Positions 46,150 through 56,537 of a stretch of DNA of 64,000 bases are shown here, piece by piece. Origin of the DNA: Thermoproteota archaeon. Its GTDB lineage: Archaea; Korarchaeota; Korarchaeia; Korarchaeales; Korarchaeaceae. The stretch spans positions 1-64,000 of the forward strand of contig JAOZFN010000011.1 of NCBI GenBank assembly GCA_027492205.1, read 5' to 3'. Made by a program: the position numbers and the translations under genes. Every line of letters begins with the position of its first letter. Position 1 is the stretch's first letter. The notes under the pieces are model-generated. The model was given only the letters and a program-made list of their open reading frames with translations, was not told the DNA's origin and searched no databases.

Positions 46150-47778
46150 TCACCTCCTCCTCGAGATCATGGCCCCAAGGGCGGTCCCCAGGGCCGCCGA
46201 GGCGGCGGCGACGGCCAGGGTGAGGGTGTAGGACGGGCCGCCGACCTCCTGCCTCGCCGATCGTGGAGGGGGCTGGGAGGAAGCTTCCTCGGGTGGGTGT
46301 GACAGCGCGGCGTTTGCGGCTGCTATCAGCCGGGAGGCTGACCTGAGCAGGTTAACCTTCTCGGCGGGGGAGTTCGCCTCCTCGTATGCGCGCAGGAGGG
46401 CCCAGATGGCCTCAGACAGCGCCGTGGCGCTTGGGTCTCCCAGAGATCCCAATCTATTGGCCTCGTTCACGATCCACTGGGCAGAGCGGGACATGGCCAG
46501 CTCTGCGAGTTCGTTGGCTCCTTTAACGACCGACTCAAGCAGTTCCTGGGCGCCGGTGCAGTTTCCCGACCGGGCCGCTTGGTCCGCCCGCCCGAGCAGA
46601 CTCTCCAGCCTCGAGAGGTCGTCGAGTCCCTCGCCCGCCCCGGTCAGGTTTGACGCGAGTTCTACCGATGACTTCGCCAAGGTCAGGGCCTCCCACCCCC
46701 TAGAAAGGTCGATGGCTGCGCATGCGTTCGCGCCGCCAGACTCCGCGGCAGCGGAGGCGGCAGTCAGCGTTCTAACCTCCCTCACCTCCAGACCTCGCCT
46801 CCCGGTTACGAGGACCTCCAGCTGCAGGGCCCCGGCGACGTCCTCAGGGACGCGTATTCTCAGGGAGAACTGCCTGCCCAGGCCTGGGGGGATGTCCCCC
46901 AAGTAGGCGGATCCCGCCGCCCTGCCGCCCAGCATTACCCTGACGGTGACGCCCCTCGCGGGAACCCCTCCCGCGTTCCGCACCGTCCCGTTGACCCAGA
47001 CCTCTTGACCGGGCGAGGCCTCCTGGGGGGCGACGACGTACAGATCTAGCATAGCCCTGCTCACGACGCTCACGTCCACCTCAGCTTTTGCGGATCCCTG
47101 AGAGGTGACCAGGACTAGGATAAGGTGGCGGGTCCCCTCGCCGAGCGGAGAGGAGTCGAACCTGACCCCGAGGGTCCTCTCGGAGCCAGCTGGTATGGTG
47201 ATCGCCAGTTCCACGGTGTCCAGGAGCGTCCAATCTTCCAGGTAGATTAGGACCTGCACGTTTTCAGCTGGCCGATCACCCTCATTCAGTACCCTAAGCC
47301 TGACCTCTACAGGCTCACCGAGCGCCGTCTCCCCTACGGTGGCCTCCAGAATCTTGACGTGCGAGACCCGCCCCCCTCCAGCCCACCCCCCTCCACCTCC
47401 ACCTCCGGACTGACTCCTAAGGGTCAGATTCACCTGAACCTTTCCAGTGCCCTCACCTACTTTGATGTACCTCACGGCCGACAGGTCGCCTTTCCTCGCC
47501 GTGACCCTGACGGTCTGCGATCCCTCTATCGAGAGAGTTATCTGGTAATATCCCTGGGGGTTTGTAGTGGCTGATCCGGAATCGCTGTCACACGTGGCCA
47601 AAACGCTCGCGCCGGCAGCTGGAGACCCGTCGGGCATGTGGACGTAGCCGTATATCACGACCGGAACCCCCTGCGCCCTGGCCGGGCTGACGCCCGCAGA
47701 CGAGGCCATCAGAGCTAGGCAGAGTAGGAGCGAGGCCTGAAAGAGTTTCAGAGATCTCTCTCGCCTCACCAGGTTCAT
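46150..47778 (-). CDS. Secreted protein: carboxypeptidase-regulatory-like domain + 2 CARDB/Ig-like domains + helical region + TM anchor
   Basis: Signal peptide MNLVRRERSLK...; GYV..PDG.PA.GA.V; V.N.G...A repeats; poly-Gly linker; coupled to the C25 gene stop. Confidence 0.8.
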   Translation of the reverse strand: MNLVRRERSLKLFQASLLLCLALMASSAGVSPARAQGVPVVIYGYVHMPDGSPAAGASVLATCDSDSGSATTNPQGYYQITLSIEGSQTVRVTARKGDLSAVRYIKVGEGTGKVQVNLTLRSQSGGGGGGGWAGGGRVSHVKILEATVGETALGEPVEVRLRVLNEGDRPAENVQVLIYLEDWTLLDTVELAITIPAGSERTLGVRFDSSPLGEGTRHLILVLVTSQGSAKAEVDVSVVSRAMLDLYVVAPQEASPGQEVWVNGTVRNAGGVPARGVTVRVMLGGRAAGSAYLGDIPPGLGRQFSLRIRVPEDVAGALQLEVLVTGRRGLEVREVRTLTAASAAAESGGANACAAIDLSRGWEALTLAKSSVELASNLTGAGEGLDDLSRLESLLGRADQAARSGNCTGAQELLESVVKGANELAELAMSRSAQWIVNEANRLGSLGDPSATALSEAIWALLRAYEEANSPAEKVNLLRSASRLIAAANAALSHPPEEASSQPPPRSARQEVGGPSYTLTLAVAAASAALGTALGAMISRRR

Positions 47779-50700
47779 CAAGACCACCCCTCCTTGTCGA
47801 CGGGCTCCTGGCCCTCTACCCACGCCAACGTGGCCGGGGAGTCGAGGAACACGAAGTACCCGTAGCCCCTTAGGACGGGGAAGTCGTACTCGCCGGGACT
47901 CGTGCCCGGCAGGTACGAGTAGTACCTCTTGGCGGCCGGGTCCCACCTGCTGATGACGCTGCAGGCATCGCCTATTGCCATTCCCAGGTCCCTCGCAGTG
48001 AGGCCGCCCCTGGTCGGCTCGGCGACCGAAACTATGGTCCACCCCTCCTGCAGGTGGGTCACGTGCACCCTCAGTGACAGTCGGAGGTTCTTCGAGGCTC
48101 CCTTCACCAGAATCGTGAGTAGGTGCTCTCCCTCCTCGAGCGAGGAGGCGTCCACCTCGATGAACAGGTCCTCCCTCGCCTCGTCCGCGGATCCGTCGAC
48201 CACTTGGAGGGGGGTGACCGGATCTCCGTCTATGCCGTATCGGGCGCCCGAGATTCCGAGGGGGTGAACCGCCGTGAGATTGACTCTTATGGTCCCGTTC
48301 AGCACGTGAGGGTGGTCTGAGAGGACCACAGGCGCGTTTGAATCTCCTCCGAGGGTCCATAGCAGGGAGTTCCTGATCAGGATCTCCCTGTGAGTTGCGT
48401 TCAGGTAGTGGAGCGGGAAGGCGAAGTACACCACCCTCGACCCGTTTCCCCCTATACCGTCGTAGGCCACCGCCGCTGAATAAGCGGTCCCAGAGTACCT
48501 CAGGAACTCGAGTCCGCCCGGCAGGGGTGAGACTCCGTCGGGGAAGGGAGGCGCGACGTTGAAGTCGGAGGAGGATGGAAGATCGAGCGTGAGGGGGTGG
48601 TCGACGGACACCTCCAGGCTGGCTGGCCCCGCGTCATCTACCTGGTATGAGGCGTGCAAGACTTCCCTCATGAGCCCGTCCGAACCGTGGTCGTACGCTA
48701 CGTCTTCCCCCTCAACGACGAGCGAGCCCCCCCTCTTCACGTACTCGATGAGCAGGTTGGCATCGGTCTTGGAGACCGCCTCCCCGTAGTAGGTGCCCGC
48801 GTGCCAGAAGACCGCGACGGCTTCAAGAAGGGTGTCGAGCGTAGGCTCCCCGTACTCGCTCTCCCGGTAGACTACCGCGTTGAATCCCAGAGAGGCTGCG
48901 ACCTGACTTATCTCGTCCGGCCAGACCCCTCCGTCGTACATGCCAGCGCCGTCATCGTCCACAACTATCAGCACCGTGTTCGGCGGGAGCGCCGCCGCGA
49001 AGACCGAGACATCGACCCTGAACTGGTCCCTCACCAGGTAAGTGTCTCTGGATCCGCCCAGGGTGCTGTCCGTCGGGGACACCCTCAGGGAGGCCGCCAT
49101 GGGCGGCGTGGAGGTCAGTGGAATCTCGAAGTACCCGTCCGGGTCGGTGACGGTCTGCGCGACGAGGGAGTTCGCGTCGTACTCGTAGAGCGACACGGTC
49201 GCCCCCGCGACGGGGAGCCCGTTGGAGTCCATCACGCGGCCGAAGAGTTTGGGGCCTGGGGTCGGAGGCGGCGGGGAGCCGGTTGGAGTCAGCTCGATGG
49301 TCGGGTCTCCCAGCAGGGTGCCGTACTCCGCCACGGTCTTCCAGTTGTACTCGTCGGCGACGCCGAAGGTAAGGACGTAACCCCCTATGGCGGACGCGTG
49401 CGCGGCCCCCACCCAGGGTTTGGCCGATCCCACCGCCGAGATCAGTTCCTGGATGAGGAGTCTGTCCATCTTCCCGGCCAGTCCATCGTCTATCGAGAAA
49501 CCCTCGTACCCCCACGCCACCCTCGTGGCCCCGAAGTACCCCACGGCCCCGCCGGGGTTCGTCAGGAACGCCTCCCCAATGGAGTCGACATCCACGAACC
49601 TGGCGGTCATGCAGGCCATCGCCACGACTATGGCCGGCGACTCAGAGTTGTTGAGCGTGGCCGCCAGGGTGGAGGAATAGACGGTCCTGTAGCCGTACAG
49701 CGGTCCGGAGTACCACCCGCTCGGGTTGCCGTGGCCGGCGAAGTTCACGAACCCGTACCCCCTGTTGATCTCGGCCTGAACGGCCGAGGGGGAGAGGTTA
49801 CCCAGGTGGTCGTAGAGCTTGACCCAGCGGAACTGCTCGGGGAGGTCCTCGTACTCGATCACGTCGTTCAGGTACTCCCCCTCGGGGTGCAGGTCGTCGT
49901 CGAACGTCACGGTCCCGATCATGAGGAACCTGTAGAACCAGGAGGCGCCGGGTGAGTAGTTCGCAACCTTCGACACCATCGCCTGGGCTTCCGCGAGGCT
50001 ACTGGCCGGCAGCCTCCCGACAATCACGTCCGGAACCCCGTCTACCTCTCCAACCTCTCCGTACCTCCCATTTCCGTTGGGATCCCACGTCCCGTCAAGG
50101 TCCGCGTAGTATAGGTCCGTCTCCACGAAGGAACCGTCCTCGGACTCGTCGTTGTCGGCGTACCCGTCGGGTATGTAGGCGAGCCTCGCCGGGACCTGAT
50201 CCGCGTCCCCCAAGATGAGGAAGAAGGCGTATCCTTCGGCCTTCTTGTCGGCGATGAACGACCTGATCTCCTCCTGCAGGTCGCTTCCCGTGTAGTTGGC
50301 GTCGATTTCGTCCGTCGTGACGACGAGGACGCCCCAGCCCTGATCCCGCTTGGAGGCGGCCAGGTCGTTCGCCGCGGCCAGGAGGGTCGAGCTCGTAATT
50401 ATCACCAGCCTCCTGTCGTAGGTCTGAGCGGGCACCCTCTGGACCCTGTATGTGACGGTGACCATCATCTCCCTGGCGAACCTCACCTCGCCGAGGGCGG
50501 GCGAGTACCTCACCGGGAAGAGCCTCACTGCCAAGATGGCAGCGTCCCTCATCGTCTCGACGTCCAGCCCGAAGTGAAGCGAGTAGGTGAAGTTCTCCTC
50601 AGGAAGGAACTCCCTCGAGGAGTAGACGGTCGGGTCGGGCTCCGCCCTGTAATTCAGCCTCGTGTCGTTGAGCCAGGGCGGGCCCAGGGGCCTGGGTTTT

Positions 50701-51041
50701 GGACCGGGGGCTATCCTATAATTCCCCTCCAGTACCTCGTACTCCGCCGACACGTTGACTGACTCCAACTCCACACCCGGCGGCAGGGTAAGCGTCACCG
50801 TGACGAAGGGTAGGATGGGATACCCGGGCTTGACCAGCAGGTCGGCCCCGGGTATCGTGATCATATCGTACTTGCCTTCGACTGCCTTGAAGTGAACCTC
50901 TGGCGGGCTTAGAGTTACGAGGACGGACTTAGTCTCGAGCGCCGGCGCGTCTGCTGCCAATGCGGGCGCAGCCGCCGTGACCAAGATCAGCGTCAGGACA
51001 AGGGATGCCGACGGGGCGGGACCTCTAGGGGCCGCTGTCAT
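47778..51041 (-). CDS. C25 (gingipain-like) cysteine peptidase, multidomain, secreted
   Basis: Propeptide PG.P.LP, ILGD, TDLYYADLDG, VGRLP, NFAGHG (His), AMACMT (Cys), LLGDP; C-terminal L.EGW...GYGY domain. Confidence 0.93.
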   Translation of the reverse strand: MTAAPRGPAPSASLVLTLILVTAAAPALAADAPALETKSVLVTLSPPEVHFKAVEGKYDMITIPGADLLVKPGYPILPFVTVTLTLPPGVELESVNVSAEYEVLEGNYRIAPGPKPRPLGPPWLNDTRLNYRAEPDPTVYSSREFLPEENFTYSLHFGLDVETMRDAAILAVRLFPVRYSPALGEVRFAREMMVTVTYRVQRVPAQTYDRRLVIITSSTLLAAANDLAASKRDQGWGVLVVTTDEIDANYTGSDLQEEIRSFIADKKAEGYAFFLILGDADQVPARLAYIPDGYADNDESEDGSFVETDLYYADLDGTWDPNGNGRYGEVGEVDGVPDVIVGRLPASSLAEAQAMVSKVANYSPGASWFYRFLMIGTVTFDDDLHPEGEYLNDVIEYEDLPEQFRWVKLYDHLGNLSPSAVQAEINRGYGFVNFAGHGNPSGWYSGPLYGYRTVYSSTLAATLNNSESPAIVVAMACMTARFVDVDSIGEAFLTNPGGAVGYFGATRVAWGYEGFSIDDGLAGKMDRLLIQELISAVGSAKPWVGAAHASAIGGYVLTFGVADEYNWKTVAEYGTLLGDPTIELTPTGSPPPPTPGPKLFGRVMDSNGLPVAGATVSLYEYDANSLVAQTVTDPDGYFEIPLTSTPPMAASLRVSPTDSTLGGSRDTYLVRDQFRVDVSVFAAALPPNTVLIVVDDDGAGMYDGGVWPDEISQVAASLGFNAVVYRESEYGEPTLDTLLEAVAVFWHAGTYYGEAVSKTDANLLIEYVKRGGSLVVEGEDVAYDHGSDGLMREVLHASYQVDDAGPASLEVSVDHPLTLDLPSSSDFNVAPPFPDGVSPLPGGLEFLRYSGTAYSAAVAYDGIGGNGSRVVYFAFPLHYLNATHREILIRNSLLWTLGGDSNAPVVLSDHPHVLNGTIRVNLTAVHPLGISGARYGIDGDPVTPLQVVDGSADEAREDLFIEVDASSLEEGEHLLTILVKGASKNLRLSLRVHVTHLQEGWTIVSVAEPTRGGLTARDLGMAIGDACSVISRWDPAAKRYYSYLPGTSPGEYDFPVLRGYGYFVFLDSPATLAWVEGQEPVDKEGWS

Positions 51042-51171
51042 CGCAGGGGCCCTAATCTAGGTGAATAAAAAGATCTCCGGCACACCTCGCCTCAAAAATA
51101 GCCGGGGCGTCCCCTCGGGAGAAATTTAAGTCCCTCTGGTCGCCCGGGACGATTCGACGGGGTGAAGGCCA

Positions 51172-51459
51172 ATGGTCGCTCCGTCGCGGCTGACGCTGGT
51201 CGTGGCCACGCTGTCCGCCGTGCTTGGGATAGGGATGGTGACCGTCGGCTTCTACTACAGCCTCCAGATGTTCTCAAGCGCCTCGCCCGCCGGAGACCTG
51301 GAGGGGGAGCTCGCCAACCTCGTCTCGATAATAATACGGCTGGTTCCCCTGGCAGTCGGCATGACCGCCGGTGGCTACCTTCTGGACAGGGGCCTCTGGA
51401 GCCTCCTGAAGCTGAGAGAGAGGGAGGAGGGGGCCGTTGAGTCCACATACTCCCCTTAG
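51172..51459 (+). CDS. Small 2-TM membrane protein
   Basis: Two hydrophobic segments; AATTTAAG TATA upstream. Confidence 0.65.
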   Translation: MVAPSRLTLVVATLSAVLGIGMVTVGFYYSLQMFSSASPAGDLEGELANLVSIIIRLVPLAVGMTAGGYLLDRGLWSLLKLREREEGAVESTYSP

Positions 51460-51787
51460 GGTGGCGATCGCAGCTCTCTTCTGCCTATACCTCGTCCCGT
51501 GGACGCTGCTCGCCTACTCCCTGCACCAGGGGATGATCCAGGTGGAGCACGCTCCAGACGGCTCCCTGATACTCAGGAACTCGTCCCCGCTCAGAGTGAG
51601 GGTCGGCGTCTCGCTCTACTCGAGGCAGGCGCGGGTCGACGGGGAGGAGGTCAACCTCCCTCCCAGGTCGCAGAGGAGGGTTCCACTCGATCCAGAGAGT
51701 CTGAGGACCGCCGACAGGGTGGAGATGACCCTCTCGGCAATGGGGTTCGTGGAGGTGAAGGCCAGCTGGGCTCTGCCGGGTGGCTGA
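51437..51787 (+). CDS. Small membrane-anchored beta-rich protein
   Basis: N-terminal TM; overlapping operon structure. Confidence 0.6.
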   Translation: MSPHTPLRVAIAALFCLYLVPWTLLAYSLHQGMIQVEHAPDGSLILRNSSPLRVRVGVSLYSRQARVDGEEVNLPPRSQRRVPLDPESLRTADRVEMTLSAMGFVEVKASWALPGG

Positions 51788-52215
51788 GTCCGGGGGACCT
51801 CCTCGACCCGAGGGAGGGAGTCAGGAGAGCGCTCTCCTCCGCAGCCTTCTGGCTCCTGCTAAGCTTCCTGGCCGCCGTGCTGCCGGCCCCCGGCGAGGAA
51901 CTCGGGCTTCACCCTCCCTCGCCCGCCGACCTGCTCACTCTGGACCTAGTGATCTACGCGTCCATATCCTTTCTCTCCGGCGTCCTTCGACGAACGCCCC
52001 TGGCCCCGGTCCTCTCCGTGTCGGCCGGCGCCTACTTTGCAGCGACGATAATCGGAATGCCCGGGACCCTCACCACGACCTTTCCGGGGGGAGTAGTCGA
52101 GGTCGACCTGACTCCGCTCAGGGACATTCTAGCGACTTGGGCGCTCCTTGACTCTGCCCTGTGGGCTCTCAGTCCCCCAGAGAGGAGCCCCCTGAGGCTG
52201 GGTGAAGGGGAGTAG
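51784..52215 (+). CDS. Membrane protein (probable CTG start)
   Basis: 3' part of ORF 51499-52215; CTGA overlap with the upstream stop; 3-4 TM segments. Confidence 0.55.
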   Translation: MSPGDLLDPREGVRRALSSAAFWLLLSFLAAVLPAPGEELGLHPPSPADLLTLDLVIYASISFLSGVLRRTPLAPVLSVSAGAYFAATIIGMPGTLTTTFPGGVVEVDLTPLRDILATWALLDSALWALSPPERSPLRLGEGE

Positions 52216-52249
52216 ACATCGGAACGGCGGGTTGCCTGTGGCTCGGGGC

Positions 52250-54721
52250 TCAGGGGACTATCCTGTACTCCACCCTCAGCACGACGTCCACCCCGAGGGC
52301 ATCGGAGAGCGCATCCTGAGCCGCGGCGACCACCTTGGGCGTCATCACCGTCCCCGCCCTCAGCCTGGACTCGCTCACGGTCACCACGGCCCTGACGACC
52401 CACCTCCCCAGCTCGACCCCCACGCTGACGTCAACGTCCGAGGGGTTCACTCCGGCGTATGAGGCGACGACGCTCCGCACCAGCTGACCCACGGTCTCCG
52501 ATCCCATCGCCTCCGCCGCCCTCGCCCTCTCGAACGCGGCGGCGCTGTGAACCATCAACGTGAACAGGGTGAAGACCACGAACCCGTATAGGGCGACGCG
52601 CCTCCTCCTCCGCCATAGCCTCTTGAGGGAGGCCACCCCCATGCCGGCCGCCAGCGCGATCGTGTACGCCGCGGCCACGTGGGAGAACTTGTGCAGCCCA
52701 AGCAGGTAGCCGGTGGTTGCCCAGAACGTGAATCCGGCCCCGAACGCTCGGGCGTAGTCCCCGAGCCCGCTGGACTCCCTGGCCCTCGCCACCTCGGCCA
52801 AGAGCGTCCTGCCCGACGCCGCCGAGGCGACCGCCACCCCCAGGATCTGGATGTCGCCGCCTGGGGAGGGAACCGGCAGTCTCGCCAGCAGGCCCTCCCA
52901 CAGCCCCTCCACAGCCTCGAAGAGGGCTGAGTAGTCGACCGAGAAGGCGTGGGACAGGTCAGTTGATATGGCGGCGCCGAGGGCCCAGGCGACGAGGATG
53001 GGGCCGACGAGCACGACCGCCCTGCGGGCCACCCTCGAGGCCACGTCGGAGATCGAGCGCGGCTCTCCGAGTATTCCGATGGTGACCCTGAGCCACGTGG
53101 AGAAGATTATGAGGACGAACCTCAGCGTCTCGCCCGTGGCCCTGGCCACCCTAGCGGCCGGAGAGCCCTCGCCCCATGCCTCCGAGATCGAGTCGACGGC
53201 CTCCCGGTAGAGGCCCCTGATGAGTGGGTAGATGGCGTAGATCTTCGCCGACAGGTATCCGGCGGAGACTATGGCCACCACGTTGACCGTCGTGAGCGTC
53301 AGGGCCCCGACGGCGAGGGACGGGTTCCCCATCGCCAACCCCACGCCCACGGCCGCTGCCGGGGGGACCAGCGCGATGGCGACCGCGGACCCCACCAGGG
53401 AGCTGGCGTCGCTCAGCTGCATCGAAGCCACCGCCCCGGCGAAACCCGCCGCGAGGGCTATGGCCAGGTCCGCCAGGTTCGGGCTCCCCCTGAGGGCCAG
53501 CTGCTCGGTCATCCTCACGGGGACGAAGGCCCTCGTGAAGAACGTGGTCAGGGCCGAGAGGGCCACGATGAGGGCAACCCCCTTGATCCCCGCCCTGAAG
53601 CCCCGGTAGAACAGGTCCAGGCCCAGCGGCCTGCCCTCGCTCCAGACGTCGTAGAGGGCTAGGCCCACCGCCCCCGCCACGAACGTGCTCATGAGGGGGG
53701 CCAGGAGCATGGAGCCTATCACCGCCGTGACGTTGTTCGCCATCATGCCCACGCTGGCCAGCGCGCCCGCCAGCGCCGCCATGACCATGCCGCGCATCGA
53801 GCTCGCCACCCTGAGCTCTCCCTGGACGCTCTTCAGCATCTCGACGGCCCTGTCGTTCACGGACTCCAGCGCCTCCTCGCCCAGGCCGAGTTCCCTCACC
53901 AAGAGCGTTGCGAGGGTGCCGTAGCCCGTGGAGTAGAAGGGGAACAGGGCGAGCGCGACCAGGAGGACCCACATCGAGGCGGTGGCCACCTTGGCCCAGA
54001 ACTCGAGGGAGAGTTGGGGGCTGAAGCTCAGAGATAGATCCATCTCCCGGGAGAGGGACCAGAAGAAGACTCGAAGGTCGCTCACCTCGTTGATCTCCTC
54101 CTCCATGCCGTCCAGCGAGGATGAGATCTCTTCGTACAGATCGGCGGCCTTCTCTGCATCTCCCCCCTCCACCGCGAGCTTCGCCAACTCTCCAAACTTG
54201 ATCGAGAGCGACTCTCGCATGGCGGAGAGCGCCTGAACCCTCGGGTCGTCCCCCCTCACCTGGGTGAGGCGGTCCAGCCTCTCATCGACCGCCGTGAGCC
54301 TCATGGCGAGCTCCGCTATCTGGGCGAGGGTAGGGGTAACGTAGAAGGTCAGCTCCTCAGACGGGGATGCGCCGCCCACCGAGAGCGTGACCCTGAGGGT
54401 GTAGACTCCCGGGGCGGCGTCCTCAGGCACCCTCAGGGAGACCGTCATCGATGCGGTCTCTCCAGGGGGAATCTGGAGGAGGCGGGGAGATGCCGACGAG
54501 ACCACCTCCCCCGCGCGGACCAGGGAGACGTGGAGTATGCCCTCCCCCCGACCTCCACATGGACCGACCAGGCTGACTCGAACCTCGACCTCCCCGCCGG
54601 GGGGAGCCGCCCGAGTGCTGGCGGAGACGCTCAGCCTTACGTCTGGTTGGGCCAGACCGTGAGCCGCGCTTGCCAGCAGTGCCAAGAGAGCCAGCGTCCC
54701 CAGGGCCCCACGGAGATTCAC
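52250..54721 (-). CDS. DUF389 membrane protein with N-terminal Ig-like domain and extra TM region
   Basis: VIGSMLLAPLM, DLAIALAAG.AG, LVG.AVAIALVPP, NVV.I. Confidence 0.85.
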   Translation of the reverse strand: MNLRGALGTLALLALLASAAHGLAQPDVRLSVSASTRAAPPGGEVEVRVSLVGPCGGRGEGILHVSLVRAGEVVSSASPRLLQIPPGETASMTVSLRVPEDAAPGVYTLRVTLSVGGASPSEELTFYVTPTLAQIAELAMRLTAVDERLDRLTQVRGDDPRVQALSAMRESLSIKFGELAKLAVEGGDAEKAADLYEEISSSLDGMEEEINEVSDLRVFFWSLSREMDLSLSFSPQLSLEFWAKVATASMWVLLVALALFPFYSTGYGTLATLLVRELGLGEEALESVNDRAVEMLKSVQGELRVASSMRGMVMAALAGALASVGMMANNVTAVIGSMLLAPLMSTFVAGAVGLALYDVWSEGRPLGLDLFYRGFRAGIKGVALIVALSALTTFFTRAFVPVRMTEQLALRGSPNLADLAIALAAGFAGAVASMQLSDASSLVGSAVAIALVPPAAAVGVGLAMGNPSLAVGALTLTTVNVVAIVSAGYLSAKIYAIYPLIRGLYREAVDSISEAWGEGSPAARVARATGETLRFVLIIFSTWLRVTIGILGEPRSISDVASRVARRAVVLVGPILVAWALGAAISTDLSHAFSVDYSALFEAVEGLWEGLLARLPVPSPGGDIQILGVAVASAASGRTLLAEVARARESSGLGDYARAFGAGFTFWATTGYLLGLHKFSHVAAAYTIALAAGMGVASLKRLWRRRRRVALYGFVVFTLFTLMVHSAAAFERARAAEAMGSETVGQLVRSVVASYAGVNPSDVDVSVGVELGRWVVRAVVTVSESRLRAGTVMTPKVVAAAQDALSDALGVDVVLRVEYRIVP

Positions 54722-54791
54722 CGCGCACCCTCCCAGGCTGTCAGCACTCCTCTCAGTGGGTAGGGCCCGGCAGCTGCCGCCCTACCGATAT

Positions 54792-55985
54792 TTAATCGGG
54801 ACTGGCACGATCGCGGCCTCTCTTCCTGAGGAGGAGCAGGAGCGGGACCGCCGAGGCATTGTACAGGGAGGCGACGAGGAACGGCGACTTGGGGCCAAAC
54901 CTGTCCCAAATCAGTCCGCCCAGGAGGTAACCCACCGCTGAGGCCACGCCGGTCACTGCGTCCACTAGGCCCATCGACCGAGCCCGCTCCTCGCCCGGGG
55001 TGCTGAGTTCGGAGATGAGGGTCCTCCTGGCCGGCATGTCCAGGGCGCCCACCACGCCGCCGAACAGCAGGATGGCCGCCGCCGACCAGAACCCGCTCGC
55101 GAGCGTGAAGGCGGACCAGGACACGGAGGACAGCAGGACGTGGGCGGCGAGCACCTCCGCCGACCCCACTGCCGCGGTCAGGTAGCCGGCCGCGATCTCG
55201 CTCACCATGACGCCCGCGCTCCTGATGGACATCAGCGTGCCGATGAGTCCCTCGCTCAGCCTCAGCTCCTCCAGCGCGTAGAGCGAGAAGAAGGGGCTCA
55301 CGGACATGAACCCCATGGTGTGCAGGAAGAGCGCGACCAGGAGGACGGTCATCGGTCTAGAGATCCCCCCGCGCGACCTGAGACCGTCACCCCTCCCCTC
55401 CACCCTGCTGGCACCGCGGGCTCCGACCTTACCCCTGAGCAGGATGGCGGAGGGGGCCGCCGCTGCCATGAGCAGGCCTCCGGCCAGGAGGAGGTACTCG
55501 TACCCCATTCCCTCGATTATGGCCCCGGCGAGGGCGCCCGACACGGTTCTGCCGAGGACCACCGCCGTGTAGAAGGCCCCAAAGGATACTGCGGCTCCCC
55601 ACCTTCCCGGGATCTCCGACAGGAGGCCCACGGCCGCCGTGCCAAAGGCGCCGTTGGAGAGCCCGTAGACCAAGACGGCCGTGATCGTGACGAGCGGAGT
55701 CATGGCCAGGGGGAAGAGGGGGGCGAGGGCGGCCGGCGGAGCCAGCGACAGGAGGAGGGCGGTGACGTATCCCCTGGAGGCCGACATCCTCCCGGCCGCC
55801 CAGGACGCGAGCGCCGAGGCGACGGTGAAGCCGGCGTTGAAGAGCCCAATCTGAGCCCCGCCGTAGCCCATGGCGTTCAGGTAGAGGGAGAGGAGGGTGG
55901 TCACTATCCCGTGGGCCAGCGTGACGCTGAACGCGAGGTAGTAGAGGGTGAAGCGAGCCGATCCGTGGTCCTCAGGACCGCCCAT
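54792..55985 (-). CDS. MFS transporter
   Basis: 12 TM segments, motif A-like AGRMSASRG, ERARSMG. Confidence 0.9.
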   Translation of the reverse strand: MGGPEDHGSARFTLYYLAFSVTLAHGIVTTLLSLYLNAMGYGGAQIGLFNAGFTVASALASWAAGRMSASRGYVTALLLSLAPPAALAPLFPLAMTPLVTITAVLVYGLSNGAFGTAAVGLLSEIPGRWGAAVSFGAFYTAVVLGRTVSGALAGAIIEGMGYEYLLLAGGLLMAAAAPSAILLRGKVGARGASRVEGRGDGLRSRGGISRPMTVLLVALFLHTMGFMSVSPFFSLYALEELRLSEGLIGTLMSIRSAGVMVSEIAAGYLTAAVGSAEVLAAHVLLSSVSWSAFTLASGFWSAAAILLFGGVVGALDMPARRTLISELSTPGEERARSMGLVDAVTGVASAVGYLLGGLIWDRFGPKSPFLVASLYNASAVPLLLLLRKRGRDRASPD

Positions 55986-56105
55986 CGCCGCGGCGCCGGG
56001 CGCAAGTCGTCAAAAATCTGCACGCAACGTCGCCTCGGCCGCCGGGTTCCGCGCGCCGCCGCGGAACGTTTATCCCATGTCGAGGCCGGCGACACCGGAT
56101 CTCTG

Positions 56106-56531
56106 ATGAACCCGGGCGATGATACCGTTGACAGGCTGGCTGAGATTGTTCGGGACAGCCTTGACGATCCTTCCAGGGTGTTCAGCCTAATAAAGAGGAT
56201 GGAGAGGGACCAGACCCTCTCAAAGCTCGTCTTCGCCATCAGGCACCCCCTCCTCTACGGGAGCAAGTTCCTGGGCCTCCTGTACGTCCTCATGCAGTTC
56301 CTGCTCTCGGCCCTGTTCCTGGTCGTCGGCCTCCTGCTGGTGGTTCCATCGAGTGAGGAGGAGTTTCAGACGGTGACTTACCAGTTCCTGGACCTGCTGA
56401 CCCAGGCCAACGTCTCGGGACTCAGGTTTCTCGCCTTCCTGGTCGGACTGGCCCTGCTCGTGATGTGCGTCAACAGCCTGGCCAACGCCGGCGAGGTCAT
56501 GCAGGGCCTCGGGGTCACGGAGGAGGGATGA
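56106..56531 (+). CDS. 2-TM membrane protein
   Basis: 3' part of ORF 55140-56531 from ATG 56106; upstream of the APC gene. Confidence 0.65.
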   Translation: MNPGDDTVDRLAEIVRDSLDDPSRVFSLIKRMERDQTLSKLVFAIRHPLLYGSKFLGLLYVLMQFLLSALFLVVGLLLVVPSSEEEFQTVTYQFLDLLTQANVSGLRFLAFLVGLALLVMCVNSLANAGEVMQGLGVTEEG

Positions 56532-56537
56532 TCGCCG

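Noticed and set aside
47779-48360. N-terminal 194 aa of ORF 46150-48360
   Set aside because: Overlaps the C25 gene in another frame; a signal peptide starts at 47778.
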